Positions 1 to 9,641 of a DNA stretch of 64,000 bases are shown in pieces (within the stretch, counting starts at the first letter, position 1; the number at the start of each line of letters is the position of its first letter). The position numbers were made by a program, and so were the translations under genes. The DNA is taken from positions 274,155-338,154 of the forward strand of contig CAXHRJ010000002.1 of assembly GCA_964018915.1 (NCBI GenBank), in the 5' to 3' direction. The notes beneath the pieces are model-generated. The model was given only the letters and a program-made list of their open reading frames with translations, searched no databases and had not been told where the DNA came from. This DNA comes from an uncultured Bacilli bacterium. GTDB lineage: Bacteria > Bacillota_I > Bacilli_A > RF39 > UBA660.

Positions 1-114
1 TGGTGTAAGAACCATAACAAGTAATCCTAATGCTATTGCAAGTGCTAAAAAAATAGTATTTAACACCTTTTCTGGCAGCCTTGGATAAACTAGGATTACT
101 ATTTGAATAAGCAA
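1..114 (-). CDS. Possible N-terminus of a hydrophobic (membrane) protein running off the window edge; partial, start uncertain
   Basis: Minus-strand reading frame is open from about position 132 to 1 and encodes ...ILLIQIVILVYPRLPEKVLNTIFLALAIALGLLVMVLTP, which is TM-like. No clear start codon or RBS. Confidence 0.2.
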   Translation of the reverse strand, partial: MLIQIVILVYPRLPEKVLNTIFLALAIALGLLVMVLTP

Positions 115-246
115 AATATAGAATGATTCCAACTAGCGGAACAAAAAAAAGACACAACACTTATCCAAAAATAATTATTATTTTGATTTTCCATACATCT
201 TACCTCCTACGTAAAAATTATATATACAAGCCCCTTTTGCAAAAGC

Positions 247-275
247 TTTACTTTTTTTTGTCAATATATTATAAT
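247..275 (+). promoter_or_regulatory. Putative sigma-A-like promoter: TTTACT, 17 nt spacer, TATAAT
   Basis: -35-like TTTACT at 247-252 and TATAAT at 270-275, about 30 nt upstream of the RBS (AAGAGG) and ATG at 306. Confidence 0.3.
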
Positions 276-305
276 AAACACTCAATTGAGGAAAAAGAGG
301 TTTTT

Positions 306-2285
306 ATGAGTAATTTAAGTCGTATTCAAATTGGAAATCAAATTTTATCAGGTCTCTATGACGTATATCAAAGTTTAAGTGATGAGGATTTAAGCACTTT
401 TTTTTACACATTTTTATCAACAGATATTAGTGATGATGCTTTAACAAAGACTGCTTGTTTTCATTCTAAAGTTACACCAGATGATTTAGTCATTCATAAA
501 AAAGACATTATATTAGAAGTGATAGCAAATGGTTATGGTTATTTATGTTATCTAAAAGCTTTTGCTGAAATCTCTGATGAAGAAAGTCAAATATTAACAG
601 ATTTAGATTCCATGCCTTTTTCCCTTCCTAATTTAATTGCGTACTTTAGAGATCCTGCTAATGAATTTAAAATGAAAATATTACTTATTGATTATTTTGT
701 GTATGAAACACAGAATACTGATTTTATAGAAATTTGTAGGGATTATCTCTATAATGAACCAACAGTTTTTTATGATAAAATATGTCGCGTAATTAAATAT
801 ATAGAAGTTGCTGACTCTCTTGCCCATTTATGTGAAGAGGTAGCAGTGAAATATGAAAGCATGGATGATGACGATATTTATGAATTGATGTCTCAAGAAG
901 AACAAGAGGATGAAGTCGAAGAAGAATATACAGAAGATGAGGAAGAAAATAATACTCGCTTAATGGAAGCAGAAAGTGATTTAGCTGAATTAGAAGATGA
1001 TGTAGATCCATATGAGTTAAAGAAAAACTTGCTTAAAGCAGAAATGGAGCAAAAAGAATTAGCTAATTGTGTTCTAGAGCATTTAGAAAACTGCTATCAA
1101 GATAAATTTGATGTAGATGATTTTATTGGTTATTTTATGAGTTATGTATATGCATTTCTATTAGAAGCAAGAAAGGATAATATTCTTACTTTAGAAGATG
1201 AGGAAATGTTAAGAATTTTAACACAGAAAGATATGTCTCTTGAACGAGTTGCAGAAACGTTTTATGCCTCTATGGAATATATTTTTAATAGTGTAGACTT
1301 ATTTACACAACATTATTTTAGTAGAAAAGGTGACATTTATTCTGTTAGGGAGGAATATAAAGGGGTTTTTGATACTGATTTATTTCAACTGTTAGATCCG
1401 TTTTATGAAAGACCTGAAATAGAGAATAATGCTACTTTAATAGCTAATCCAATTATGGTTTCTTTAGAACAAATTTTAAAAGAAATAAAACAAAAAAATC
1501 CTGACGATTATGTTGGTGAAATTTGGCAGTTATTAAGAGACCCAGAGGCTGATAAAAGTACTTTTGAGAAACATGGTTTGGAGGCAGATGGAATTTCTTA
1601 TTATCAGGATTTAATGATGAGACTATTTGCAAGAAAGTATGTAGAAACAGCATGTTCTAAGCCAATAGGGAAGTTTTCATCAGATGAAGTTCGTATCTAT
1701 TGTGATTTAGTTCACCCAGATGAGAACTCTAAGAATATAGCGTTTTTATTTGATATGGGATATTTTTATTTTATTCCTGCCTATTTTGAACAAAAGGAGA
1801 AAGAGTATGTTCAACAAAAAAATGCCATTCATGCGTTGAGAAAAAGAAATTTACTTTGTAATGTGGCGAAGATTGATCCGACTTGCGTTGGTGATCCTCT
1901 TTATGTAAAAACAGTAAATGAAAGCGAACTTTTTCATCTATTAGAGACAAATGGACCCAAAATAATGATTACCTTGCTAGAAAAATTAAGCAATATAGAG
2001 GTTGATACAGTAATTGACTTCTTAAAAGAAGTAGTCTTTTCAAATTATTATTATGCGAAAAGGGAACAACAGCCAGATACTTTAGGTCTTTCTATTATTC
2101 AAAAAGTAGAAGAAGATGTAGAGACATATGTATCAAGGGTAAGTTTAAATAAAGAGTTGTTGGAAGAATTGTTGCAAAGGTATTTAGATAGTGAATCAAA
2201 AGAAGAATTTTCTACTAGTTACCGCGAAAAATTAGAACAAACACCAAAGATAAAACAGATATTATATCCAAATGATATATATTGA
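306..2285 (+). CDS. Hypothetical protein, about 659 aa, with a strongly acidic central low-complexity segment (DDDD/EEQEDEVEEEYTEDEEENN)
   Basis: Long ORF. The AAGAGG RBS 5 nt upstream of ATG 306 favours this start over the track start at 123. I recognise no family motif. Confidence 0.6.
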   Translation: MSNLSRIQIGNQILSGLYDVYQSLSDEDLSTFFYTFLSTDISDDALTKTACFHSKVTPDDLVIHKKDIILEVIANGYGYLCYLKAFAEISDEESQILTDLDSMPFSLPNLIAYFRDPANEFKMKILLIDYFVYETQNTDFIEICRDYLYNEPTVFYDKICRVIKYIEVADSLAHLCEEVAVKYESMDDDDIYELMSQEEQEDEVEEEYTEDEEENNTRLMEAESDLAELEDDVDPYELKKNLLKAEMEQKELANCVLEHLENCYQDKFDVDDFIGYFMSYVYAFLLEARKDNILTLEDEEMLRILTQKDMSLERVAETFYASMEYIFNSVDLFTQHYFSRKGDIYSVREEYKGVFDTDLFQLLDPFYERPEIENNATLIANPIMVSLEQILKEIKQKNPDDYVGEIWQLLRDPEADKSTFEKHGLEADGISYYQDLMMRLFARKYVETACSKPIGKFSSDEVRIYCDLVHPDENSKNIAFLFDMGYFYFIPAYFEQKEKEYVQQKNAIHALRKRNLLCNVAKIDPTCVGDPLYVKTVNESELFHLLETNGPKIMITLLEKLSNIEVDTVIDFLKEVVFSNYYYAKREQQPDTLGLSIIQKVEEDVETYVSRVSLNKELLEELLQRYLDSESKEEFSTSYREKLEQTPKIKQILYPNDIY

Positions 2286-2393
2286 AAAAGATAGTCTATT
2301 TCTTTGGTGAAAAAAGATTATCTTTTTTTGATAGATTTATAGTATGAAATGTGATAAAATGGTAATGTGAAAGAATTAGAAAAAGGTGATAAA

Positions 2394-3179
2394 ATGGGAA
2401 AAGTAATCGCATTTGTCAATCAAAAAGGTGGTGTTGGTAAAACAACATCTAGTATTAATTTATCAGCTTCATTAGGATTGCTTGGTAAAAAAACTTTGCT
2501 AGTTGATTTGGATCCACAGGGAAATAGTACAACTGGTGTAGGTATTAACAAGAGTGAACTAAAGAAGAGTTTGTATGAATTATTAACGGACCGTGCAGAG
2601 ACAAAAGAAGTAATAGTAAAAACGAAATTTAAAAATTTATATACACTACCAGCCTCTATTAACTTAGCGGGTGTAGACATGGAATTAATGGAGATGTCTA
2701 AAGGAAATAAAGATTTTGTAGCTCAACTACAATTAAAGAAATATTTAAGTGAAGTGGCAGACTTGTTTGACTACATCATTTTAGATTGTCCACCATCTTT
2801 AGGACTTATTACAACAAATGCTTTAGCAGCAGCCGATTCTGTTATTATTCCAGTACAATGTGAGTTTTTTGCGTTGGAAGGTATTATGCAATTATTAAAC
2901 TCTATTATGATCGCAAAAAAGAAATTGAATCCAGAATTGGATATTGAAGGGGTATTGCTTACAATGCTAGATAATCGTACTAATTTAGGTCTAGAAGTAG
3001 TAGAAGATATTAAAAGCTATTTTAAAGAAAAAGTATATGATACTATCATTCCAAGGTTAGTAAGGCTTTCAGAAGCTCCAAGTCATGGGAAACCAATTCA
3101 TGCTTATGACCCAAAAAGTAGGGGAACAGAGGCTTACCTAAATTTAGCCAAAGAGGTGATTGAGAGAAATGGAAAGTAG
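2394..3179 (+). CDS. soj: Chromosome partitioning ATPase ParA/Soj
   Basis: Deviant Walker A NQKGGVGKTT at the N-terminus, ParA-family length, and immediately upstream of parB. An RBS AAAAGGTGA precedes ATG 2394; track start 2367 is a GTG. Confidence 0.9.
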   Translation: MGKVIAFVNQKGGVGKTTSSINLSASLGLLGKKTLLVDLDPQGNSTTGVGINKSELKKSLYELLTDRAETKEVIVKTKFKNLYTLPASINLAGVDMELMEMSKGNKDFVAQLQLKKYLSEVADLFDYIILDCPPSLGLITTNALAAADSVIIPVQCEFFALEGIMQLLNSIMIAKKKLNPELDIEGVLLTMLDNRTNLGLEVVEDIKSYFKEKVYDTIIPRLVRLSEAPSHGKPIHAYDPKSRGTEAYLNLAKEVIERNGK

Positions 3180-4044
3180 AAAAAGAGCTTTAGGAAAAGG
3201 CTTAGAACAGTTATTCAATAATGAAAATCTAGATTTAGATAGCTTTGAGAAAAGCGTTTATGAAACAGCTACAAAAGCGGAAATTATTGAAGTTCCTTTA
3301 GATGAATTACGTGCTAATCCTTATCAACCAAGAAAAGTGTTTGATGAAGAAGCATTACAAGAACTTGCTAGTTCTATTAAAGAACATGGTGTATTTCAAC
3401 CAATCATTGTAAAAAAGAGTATTAAAGGTTATGAGATTATTGCTGGTGAACGAAGAGTTCGTGCTAGTAAAGTAGCAGGTTTAGAAACAGTTCCTGCAAT
3501 TGTCCGTAATTTAGATGATACTCAAATGATGGAAATAGCTCTTTTAGAAAACTTGCAGAGAGAAAACTTAAGTGCTATTGAAGAAGCAATCGCTTATAAG
3601 ACAATGATAGAAAAATTAAATTTAACTCAAGAGGAATTAAGTAATAAAATAGGAAAAAGTAGAAGCCATATTACGAATATGCTAGGATTACTACGATTAC
3701 CACAGGAAGTGCAAAGTATGGTTAATAGTAATCAGCTTACTATGGGACATGCTAGAGCTTTATCTAAACTAGAAGATGATGAAAAAATAATTGATTTAGC
3801 TCATAATATTGTTGATAATAAAGTTTCTGTTAGAAAAGTAGAATATCAAACAGGAACAGAGGTTAAGAAAAATAAAATAGAGAAAAAACCGACAGAAAAA
3901 CAACTAGAATTTAAATATGCAGAAGAGTTATTGCGTGAGAAATTGGATACTAAAGTATGTATTAAAGAAAATAAGATTGAAATCAGTTTTACTAATGTAG
4001 CTGATTTGAACCGTATTTTAGATATGATACATATTAAAGGATAA
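3169..4044 (+). CDS. spo0J: Chromosome partitioning protein ParB/Spo0J
   Basis: ParB N-terminal box (GKGLEQLF, IVPNPYQPRK-like, GERR) and a central HTH region; overlaps the parA stop. ATG 3169 is preferred over TTG 3160. Confidence 0.9.
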   Translation: MESRKRALGKGLEQLFNNENLDLDSFEKSVYETATKAEIIEVPLDELRANPYQPRKVFDEEALQELASSIKEHGVFQPIIVKKSIKGYEIIAGERRVRASKVAGLETVPAIVRNLDDTQMMEIALLENLQRENLSAIEEAIAYKTMIEKLNLTQEELSNKIGKSRSHITNMLGLLRLPQEVQSMVNSNQLTMGHARALSKLEDDEKIIDLAHNIVDNKVSVRKVEYQTGTEVKKNKIEKKPTEKQLEFKYAEELLREKLDTKVCIKENKIEISFTNVADLNRILDMIHIKG

Positions 4045-4046
4045 TT

Positions 4047-4835
4047 ATGTTAGATAAAATATTAGTAAAAGAAATAGTCGCACCTGTAGTTATTATTGCT
4101 TCTAGTGTCCTTTTTTATATGATTGTAAGTCGGATTGTTAAAAAAGTTTTTCAAGTTAAGACAAAAAGAATAAATGAGAAAAGGCAAAAGACTTTTGTTT
4201 CTCTTGTAAATAATTGTATTCGCTATTTTATAATTGCGGTTGCACTTATGATGATATTAGAAGTTTATGGAATTGATACAAAGTCATTAGTAGCTTCTTT
4301 AGGAGTTTTAAGTTTAGTAGCAGGATTAGCATTACAAGATATTTTAAAAGATATTATAGTTGGATGTAGTATTATTTTAGAAGGCCAATTTTCAGTAGGA
4401 GATACTATTACAATAGCAGATTTTACTGGAACAGTAATGGATTTAGGGCTTAAAACAACGAGAATAAAGTCTTATACAGGCGATGTGAAAATTATAGCTA
4501 ATAGAAATATTACAGAGGTAATCAATCATACAATGGTAGAGAATAATGCTTTAGTAGATGTAATGGTAGATTATGGCACTAATTTGAAGCAAGCTAGAGA
4601 AGTATTAAATGAATTGTGTGAAAAATTCTCGAAAGAAAATAAACTTTCTAATCATGCTGAATGCTTAGGTGTAGAGAGCCTTGGAGATAGTGGAATTACA
4701 TTCCGTATTTCTATTCCGTCTCCTTACTCTGACAAATTTGCTTTAGCACGTAAGTTTAGAGAACAAGTGAAAGAAGAATTTGCACAACATGGAATTGTTA
4801 TTCCATATCCTCAGGTGGTGGTGCATAATGGATAA
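4047..4835 (+). CDS. Small-conductance mechanosensitive channel (MscS family)
   Basis: N-terminal TM helices followed by an MscS beta-domain-like segment (GDTITIADFTGTVMDLGLKTTRIKSYTGDVKIIANRNI). Confidence 0.65.
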   Translation: MLDKILVKEIVAPVVIIASSVLFYMIVSRIVKKVFQVKTKRINEKRQKTFVSLVNNCIRYFIIAVALMMILEVYGIDTKSLVASLGVLSLVAGLALQDILKDIIVGCSIILEGQFSVGDTITIADFTGTVMDLGLKTTRIKSYTGDVKIIANRNITEVINHTMVENNALVDVMVDYGTNLKQAREVLNELCEKFSKENKLSNHAECLGVESLGDSGITFRISIPSPYSDKFALARKFREQVKEEFAQHGIVIPYPQVVVHNG

Positions 4836-5013
4836 AGAATATAAAGTAGGCAGTGTTGTTGTAATGAAAAAAGAGCATCCTTGTGGAAGTAATGAATGGG
4901 TGATTACAAGAACAGGTGCCGATATTAAAATAAAATGTGAGAAATGTGGTAGGAGCATTATGCTACCTAGAATAGAATTTAATAAAAAACTAAAGAAAGT
5001 AATTAGTTTATAG
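4828..5013 (+). CDS. DUF951 family small protein (B. subtilis YyzM-like)
   Basis: 61-aa protein MDKEYKVGSVVVMKKEHPCGSNEWVITRTGADIKIKCEKCGRS... with CGS...CxxC. It sits downstream of spo0J as in Bacillus. The start ATG overlaps the MscS stop. Confidence 0.65.
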   Translation: MDKEYKVGSVVVMKKEHPCGSNEWVITRTGADIKIKCEKCGRSIMLPRIEFNKKLKKVISL

Positions 5014-5021
5014 GAGGAAAT

Positions 5022-6521
5022 ATGTTTAAGCGGAGCAAAAGCAAAATGAATTTTGGACCTATAACAGTTATGATTGGTATAGGGATTGTAATTGCATTAC
5101 TTAGTTTTCTTCTAAATAAATTGGGAGTACAGACTTATGTAACAGATCCTGATACTTTTGAAACGACGATTATAACCGTAAAAAATATTTTTAGTAGACA
5201 AGGAATCCGATTTATTTTTGGAGAATCAATTAGTAATTTTAGATTATTGGAACCTTTTGCAGTAGTTGTTGTTTCGTTAATTGCTGTTACTATATTAGAA
5301 GTAAGTGGACTTTTAAATTCACTTACTAATGGTCTAAAAAATGTAAAACCAAATGTAATTACCTTTTTTGTTTTATTAATTAGTGTTTTCTCAACAGTAA
5401 TTGGAGATTATAGTTATGCTATTTTATTTCCATTTGTAGCTTTGCTATATAAGAATATTGGTAGAGATCCAAAAGTTGGAGTTATGACAGCTTTTATAGG
5501 AATTACAATGGGCTATGGAGGCGGTTTCCTTTACACTTATCAAGATATGGTTCTTGGAAGAGTGGCGGAGCATGCTGCTATAGATGTTTTAGGAGAATAT
5601 TCTTTTGAGCCATGGTCTATGATTTTTATTGAAATAGTATCTGCTTTAACAATTACAATTTTAGGAACTATTTTGATAGAGAAGAAATTTCCTAAGAAGT
5701 ATAAAAAACCAGAAGAAAAGGAATATATTCATTCTCCAAAAGCATTAGCCATAACAATAGGAGTATTTGCTTTCTTTGCAACATTATTAATTTATGCAAT
5801 TGTACCAGGTTTACCATTATCAGGGTGGTTATTGGATATGAATGCAACAACCTATATGGAAAAATTGTTTGGGGAAAGTGCTCCATTTAGAGAAGGGATT
5901 TTAGTTATTTTTCTTGGTATTGCACTGATTTGTGGATATATTTATGGAAATATTTCAAGAAATATTAAAAGTAGCAAAGAATATAACAAAGCGATTTCCT
6001 TAACTTTCCAAAATACAGGTTTTATATTTGCAGGATTATTTTTCTTCTCTATTATGATGAGCATATTAGAGTGGACAAATTTAGGGGATTTAATTTCATT
6101 AAAATTAATTAATTCTATTAGTCAATCTCAAATGAGTGGAATATTTTTAATATTTCTTGTATTGATAGTTGGAGTAATCGTTACTATTGTGAATCCTACT
6201 ACAGTTCATAATTTTACGCTTATGTGCCCAACTTTAGTACCTTTATTAATCCGTGCAAATATATCTCCATCTTTTACCTTAATGATATTTAAAGCTGCAG
6301 ATTCTATTGGAAAATGTTTTACACCATTTTATGTTTTTTTCATTATTATGATAGGTTTCTTATATAAGTATGATACGCAAGATGAGGACATTACTTTCTT
6401 TGGAACTATGAAAAAGATGTTGCCAATTACTTTGTGGTTAGCACTTGCTTGGTTTGTAATCATTATAGGATGGAATTTATTGGGATTTAGAATTGGTATG
6501 GGAGTATCTTCGGTATTATAG
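5022..6521 (+). CDS. AbgT/MtrF family transporter
   Basis: Polytopic membrane protein whose N-terminal third resembles AbgT/MtrF (FAVVVVSLIAV..EVSGLLNSL ... GRDPKVGVMTAFIGITMGYGGGF). Confidence 0.55.
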   Translation: MFKRSKSKMNFGPITVMIGIGIVIALLSFLLNKLGVQTYVTDPDTFETTIITVKNIFSRQGIRFIFGESISNFRLLEPFAVVVVSLIAVTILEVSGLLNSLTNGLKNVKPNVITFFVLLISVFSTVIGDYSYAILFPFVALLYKNIGRDPKVGVMTAFIGITMGYGGGFLYTYQDMVLGRVAEHAAIDVLGEYSFEPWSMIFIEIVSALTITILGTILIEKKFPKKYKKPEEKEYIHSPKALAITIGVFAFFATLLIYAIVPGLPLSGWLLDMNATTYMEKLFGESAPFREGILVIFLGIALICGYIYGNISRNIKSSKEYNKAISLTFQNTGFIFAGLFFFSIMMSILEWTNLGDLISLKLINSISQSQMSGIFLIFLVLIVGVIVTIVNPTTVHNFTLMCPTLVPLLIRANISPSFTLMIFKAADSIGKCFTPFYVFFIIMIGFLYKYDTQDEDITFFGTMKKMLPITLWLALAWFVIIIGWNLLGFRIGMGVSSVL

Positions 6522-6550
6522 AAAAGTCATTTGCACTTTTCTTTTTTTTA
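6522..6550 (+). terminator. Rho-independent terminator
   Basis: Stem GAAAAGT/ACTTTTC with a 7-nt loop, followed by a T-run. Confidence 0.5.
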
Positions 6551-6598
6551 TGTTAGAATAGGAAACATTTGACAGGGGTGGTCAGAGTGAAACAGTGG

Positions 6599-8272
6599 AT
6601 GAAAAGGGTAAGAAATTTACAAATTTATTTAACGGCAATGAGTTTATTGTTAAGTGGATGTAGCTTAGATTTAAAAAGTGCTAATCTAGACAGCGAGGAT
6701 TCTACTTGTAAACAGGAAGAAACTAATTCTTTTGGCTTTAATAATTCTTCTAATAGTGTATATTTTAATCGTACTTATAATTCTTCAGCTGATTATGATG
6801 ACATGATTTTAACATTAGAAGAAAAAGGAGTAAGAGATTTATCAGATGAAGCAAAGAGCGCTGTGCAAAATGTATCGCTCTACAATGCCATTCCTTACGA
6901 TTTTTCATGGGTAGAATATTTTCGCATTGATGATTATTATCAATCAGCCTATACCCATCCTAATATTACTAGTCGTATAAGAAATCATCATAATACAGAA
7001 CTTTATAATAGAATTAGCAATTCTATTTATTGGGAGAAATTAGCAGATTATATTATTAATAATACAGAGGCTAGAATTCAAAAAGATGATACAAATGAAT
7101 TAGTGGCACTTAGTACCTCTGATGTAAAAACGATTGTTAAACAATTATCGGAGTTCGTAAATGATGTAAAAAGGGATTATCCTGATTATGATATGGAACA
7201 TTTGGCATGTCAGTTACAATTATTATCTCTTGCTTATAGAGTTGATGATAATGATTCACGTACTTTGGCAAGCACTTCTTATGCTAGTATTGAATGGTAT
7301 TTAAATGATGATGGAAAGTATCCGATTTTAAAAACTTCTCTCATGTTAAATAATCATGAATTTAAACATTTTTTATGCAGTTATTGTAGGGATGAAATTA
7401 CTACAGGTGAAAATGTTTATGTAACACCTTCTGGGCTTATATATGGTGCTAATACTGCTTTAAATTTCTCTTTTATAGAGGAAGCTACTGCTGAGGAGTA
7501 TTCTGCTAATAGAAACGGTCAAGAGGAAGTTACTTATTATGAAAAGATTGCTGCTTTGGATACCATAAGATTTGTTTTAAGTATGCAAGATGATTATGAA
7601 GATGATGCCTTTTTAAAGTATAGCTTTCTTCAAAATCCATTGGCAACTGTTCAGCAATTTCCAGTATTAAATAGTCAGACTTATTATTTTAAAAACAATT
7701 TGAAGATGTTAGCTGCGTATAATGCGTGTCTATCTTCTTTACCATATGTATTTGTTAGTTCAGTAGAGTCTGTTCCTGGCTATCAAGGATTCTATGAAAA
7801 TTTAGAACAAAGAAAAGAAGTGTTATCTTCTTTAGGGACTTATGCTAGTGTAGAATTATCTCGTTTATTTATGACAAATTTAGTAGTAATGAATGATACA
7901 AAAGATAGTATGACATTGGGGTATAACTTCTATTTAATACGTTTATTTGAGAAAAGAATGGATATTATGTTTTCTGCTATATCTGATTTTCAAAAGTTTA
8001 ATATGAGTTCAGCAAATTACAAACAAATTTACCAAGAGAGATTAGGTGCTTTGTTTCAGTATTTAGGCGCTAAATATAAAATAGATTTAGGAGCTATAAG
8101 GGAACTTTATGAGGAGTATTATTTAAATCAAGAGACTAGTTATCCAGCGTTTGTTGATGAAAGTAGGAAAGCTTTTTATCAAGAATTAGAGAAAACAGAA
8201 TATAACGGACAACAATTAAAAGAAGACTCTGAAACTCATATGCAGTATTATGTTCAATATTCTGGAAGATAA
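6599..8272 (+). CDS. Hypothetical lipoprotein
   Basis: Signal peptide with lipobox LLSGC (MKRVRNLQIYLTAMSLLLSGCS). The rest has no recognised domain. The start could lie upstream (track 6569). Confidence 0.55.
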   Translation: MKRVRNLQIYLTAMSLLLSGCSLDLKSANLDSEDSTCKQEETNSFGFNNSSNSVYFNRTYNSSADYDDMILTLEEKGVRDLSDEAKSAVQNVSLYNAIPYDFSWVEYFRIDDYYQSAYTHPNITSRIRNHHNTELYNRISNSIYWEKLADYIINNTEARIQKDDTNELVALSTSDVKTIVKQLSEFVNDVKRDYPDYDMEHLACQLQLLSLAYRVDDNDSRTLASTSYASIEWYLNDDGKYPILKTSLMLNNHEFKHFLCSYCRDEITTGENVYVTPSGLIYGANTALNFSFIEEATAEEYSANRNGQEEVTYYEKIAALDTIRFVLSMQDDYEDDAFLKYSFLQNPLATVQQFPVLNSQTYYFKNNLKMLAAYNACLSSLPYVFVSSVESVPGYQGFYENLEQRKEVLSSLGTYASVELSRLFMTNLVVMNDTKDSMTLGYNFYLIRLFEKRMDIMFSAISDFQKFNMSSANYKQIYQERLGALFQYLGAKYKIDLGAIRELYEEYYLNQETSYPAFVDESRKAFYQELEKTEYNGQQLKEDSETHMQYYVQYSGR

Positions 8273-8329
8273 AAACATTTCTTGATTTTTAAAAATGATT
8301 ATAGTACACTTGATATTAGAGGTGATAAA

Positions 8330-9430
8330 ATGAGTTTAACAGCAGGTATAGTGGGATTACCTAATGTTGGTAAATCTACTTTATTTAATGCAATTACAAA
8401 GAAAAATATATTAGCAGCTAACTACCCATTTGCGACAATTGATCCAAATGTTGGTGTGGTAGTTGTTCCAGATAGAAGATTAGAATTTTTAGAAAATTTA
8501 TATCATCCTGCTAGTTTAGTTCCAACAACTTTTGAATTTACAGATATAGCAGGATTAGTAAAAGGGGCATCTAATGGAGAAGGACTTGGAAATAAATTTC
8601 TTTCTCATATTAGAGAAGTAGATGCCATTGTAGAAGTAGTTAGATGCTTTGATGATAAAAATATCATTCATGTGGAGAATACTGTAGATCCTATTCGTGA
8701 TATTGAAATTATTGAACTAGAGCTTATTTTGGCAGATTTAGAGATTATTGAAAATAGAATTAATAAAATAGGAAAAAAAGCTGCTTTGTCAAAAGATAAA
8801 GAAGTAAAAAAAGAAGCAGAATTACTAACAAAATTAAAAGAAGCTTTAGAAACAAATAAATCTATTCGTAGTTTGGAATTAGATGAAGAAGAGTTAAAGA
8901 CAATTAAAGCGTTTAATTTATTAACTGCTAAACCAATTATTTATATGGCAAATGTGTCAGAGGATGACTTATTAGCAGGCACTAATGAATATGTAGAAAC
9001 AGTAAAAAAATATGCTGCAGATAATGCTTCAGAAGTGATTGTTGTATGCGCTAAAATAGAGTCTGATTTAAGTGAACTAGATAGTGAAGAAAAACAAACC
9101 TTCTTAGAAGAATTGGGAGTAAAAGAAAGTGGTTTAGATCAACTTATTAAAGCTACCTATTCTTTACTTGGACTAGAAACTTTCTTTACGTCTGGAACAG
9201 ACGAAGTGCGCGCTTGGACATTTAAAAAAGGAATGAAAGCTCCACAATGTGCAGGAATTATTCATACAGATTTTGAAAGAGGCTTTATTAAGGCTGAAGT
9301 TATGAGCTATGAAGACTTAGAGTCATGTGGTAATGAAAAAAGCGTAAAAGAAGCAGGAAAGATGCGTCTTGAAGGAAAAGATTATCTAATGCAAGATGGG
9401 GATATCTGTTATTTTAGATTTAATGTATAA
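8330..9430 (+). CDS. ychF: Ribosome-binding ATPase YchF (Obg family)
   Basis: G1 motif GIVGLPNVGKSTLFN, C-terminal TGS domain, and the position before rpsF as in Bacillus (yyaF). RBS AGAGGTGA precedes ATG 8330. Confidence 0.9.
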   Translation: MSLTAGIVGLPNVGKSTLFNAITKKNILAANYPFATIDPNVGVVVVPDRRLEFLENLYHPASLVPTTFEFTDIAGLVKGASNGEGLGNKFLSHIREVDAIVEVVRCFDDKNIIHVENTVDPIRDIEIIELELILADLEIIENRINKIGKKAALSKDKEVKKEAELLTKLKEALETNKSIRSLELDEEELKTIKAFNLLTAKPIIYMANVSEDDLLAGTNEYVETVKKYAADNASEVIVVCAKIESDLSELDSEEKQTFLEELGVKESGLDQLIKATYSLLGLETFFTSGTDEVRAWTFKKGMKAPQCAGIIHTDFERGFIKAEVMSYEDLESCGNEKSVKEAGKMRLEGKDYLMQDGDICYFRFNV

Positions 9431-9460
9431 AAAAGTTTCATCATTGATGAAACTTTTTAA
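9431..9460 (+). terminator. Rho-independent terminator
   Basis: AAAAGTTTCATCA-ttg-ATGAAACTTTT followed by T-rich sequence. Confidence 0.6.
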
Positions 9461-9641
9461 TATCTTCTTCTACGATATTTTTTACCATATTGCTTTTCTT
9501 TAGTAATACCACTAGAAAAATCGATTGTTTCTTCATTTCTTCTTCCTTTTACGATACTTTCTAATGTTAAAATAGATAGAAAGTGAGAGGTTTAATTTTT
9601 GTTTTTAAAAAAAGAGTGATATACTGTAGATGGTGAAGTAA

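Noticed and set aside
123-305. The 5' extension of the first long ORF that the six-frame track starts at 123
   Set aside because: There is no RBS at 123. A good AAGAGG RBS and promoter-like hexamers sit just upstream of the ATG at 306, and the extension is low-complexity Ile/Leu/Tyr-rich translation of AT-rich DNA.
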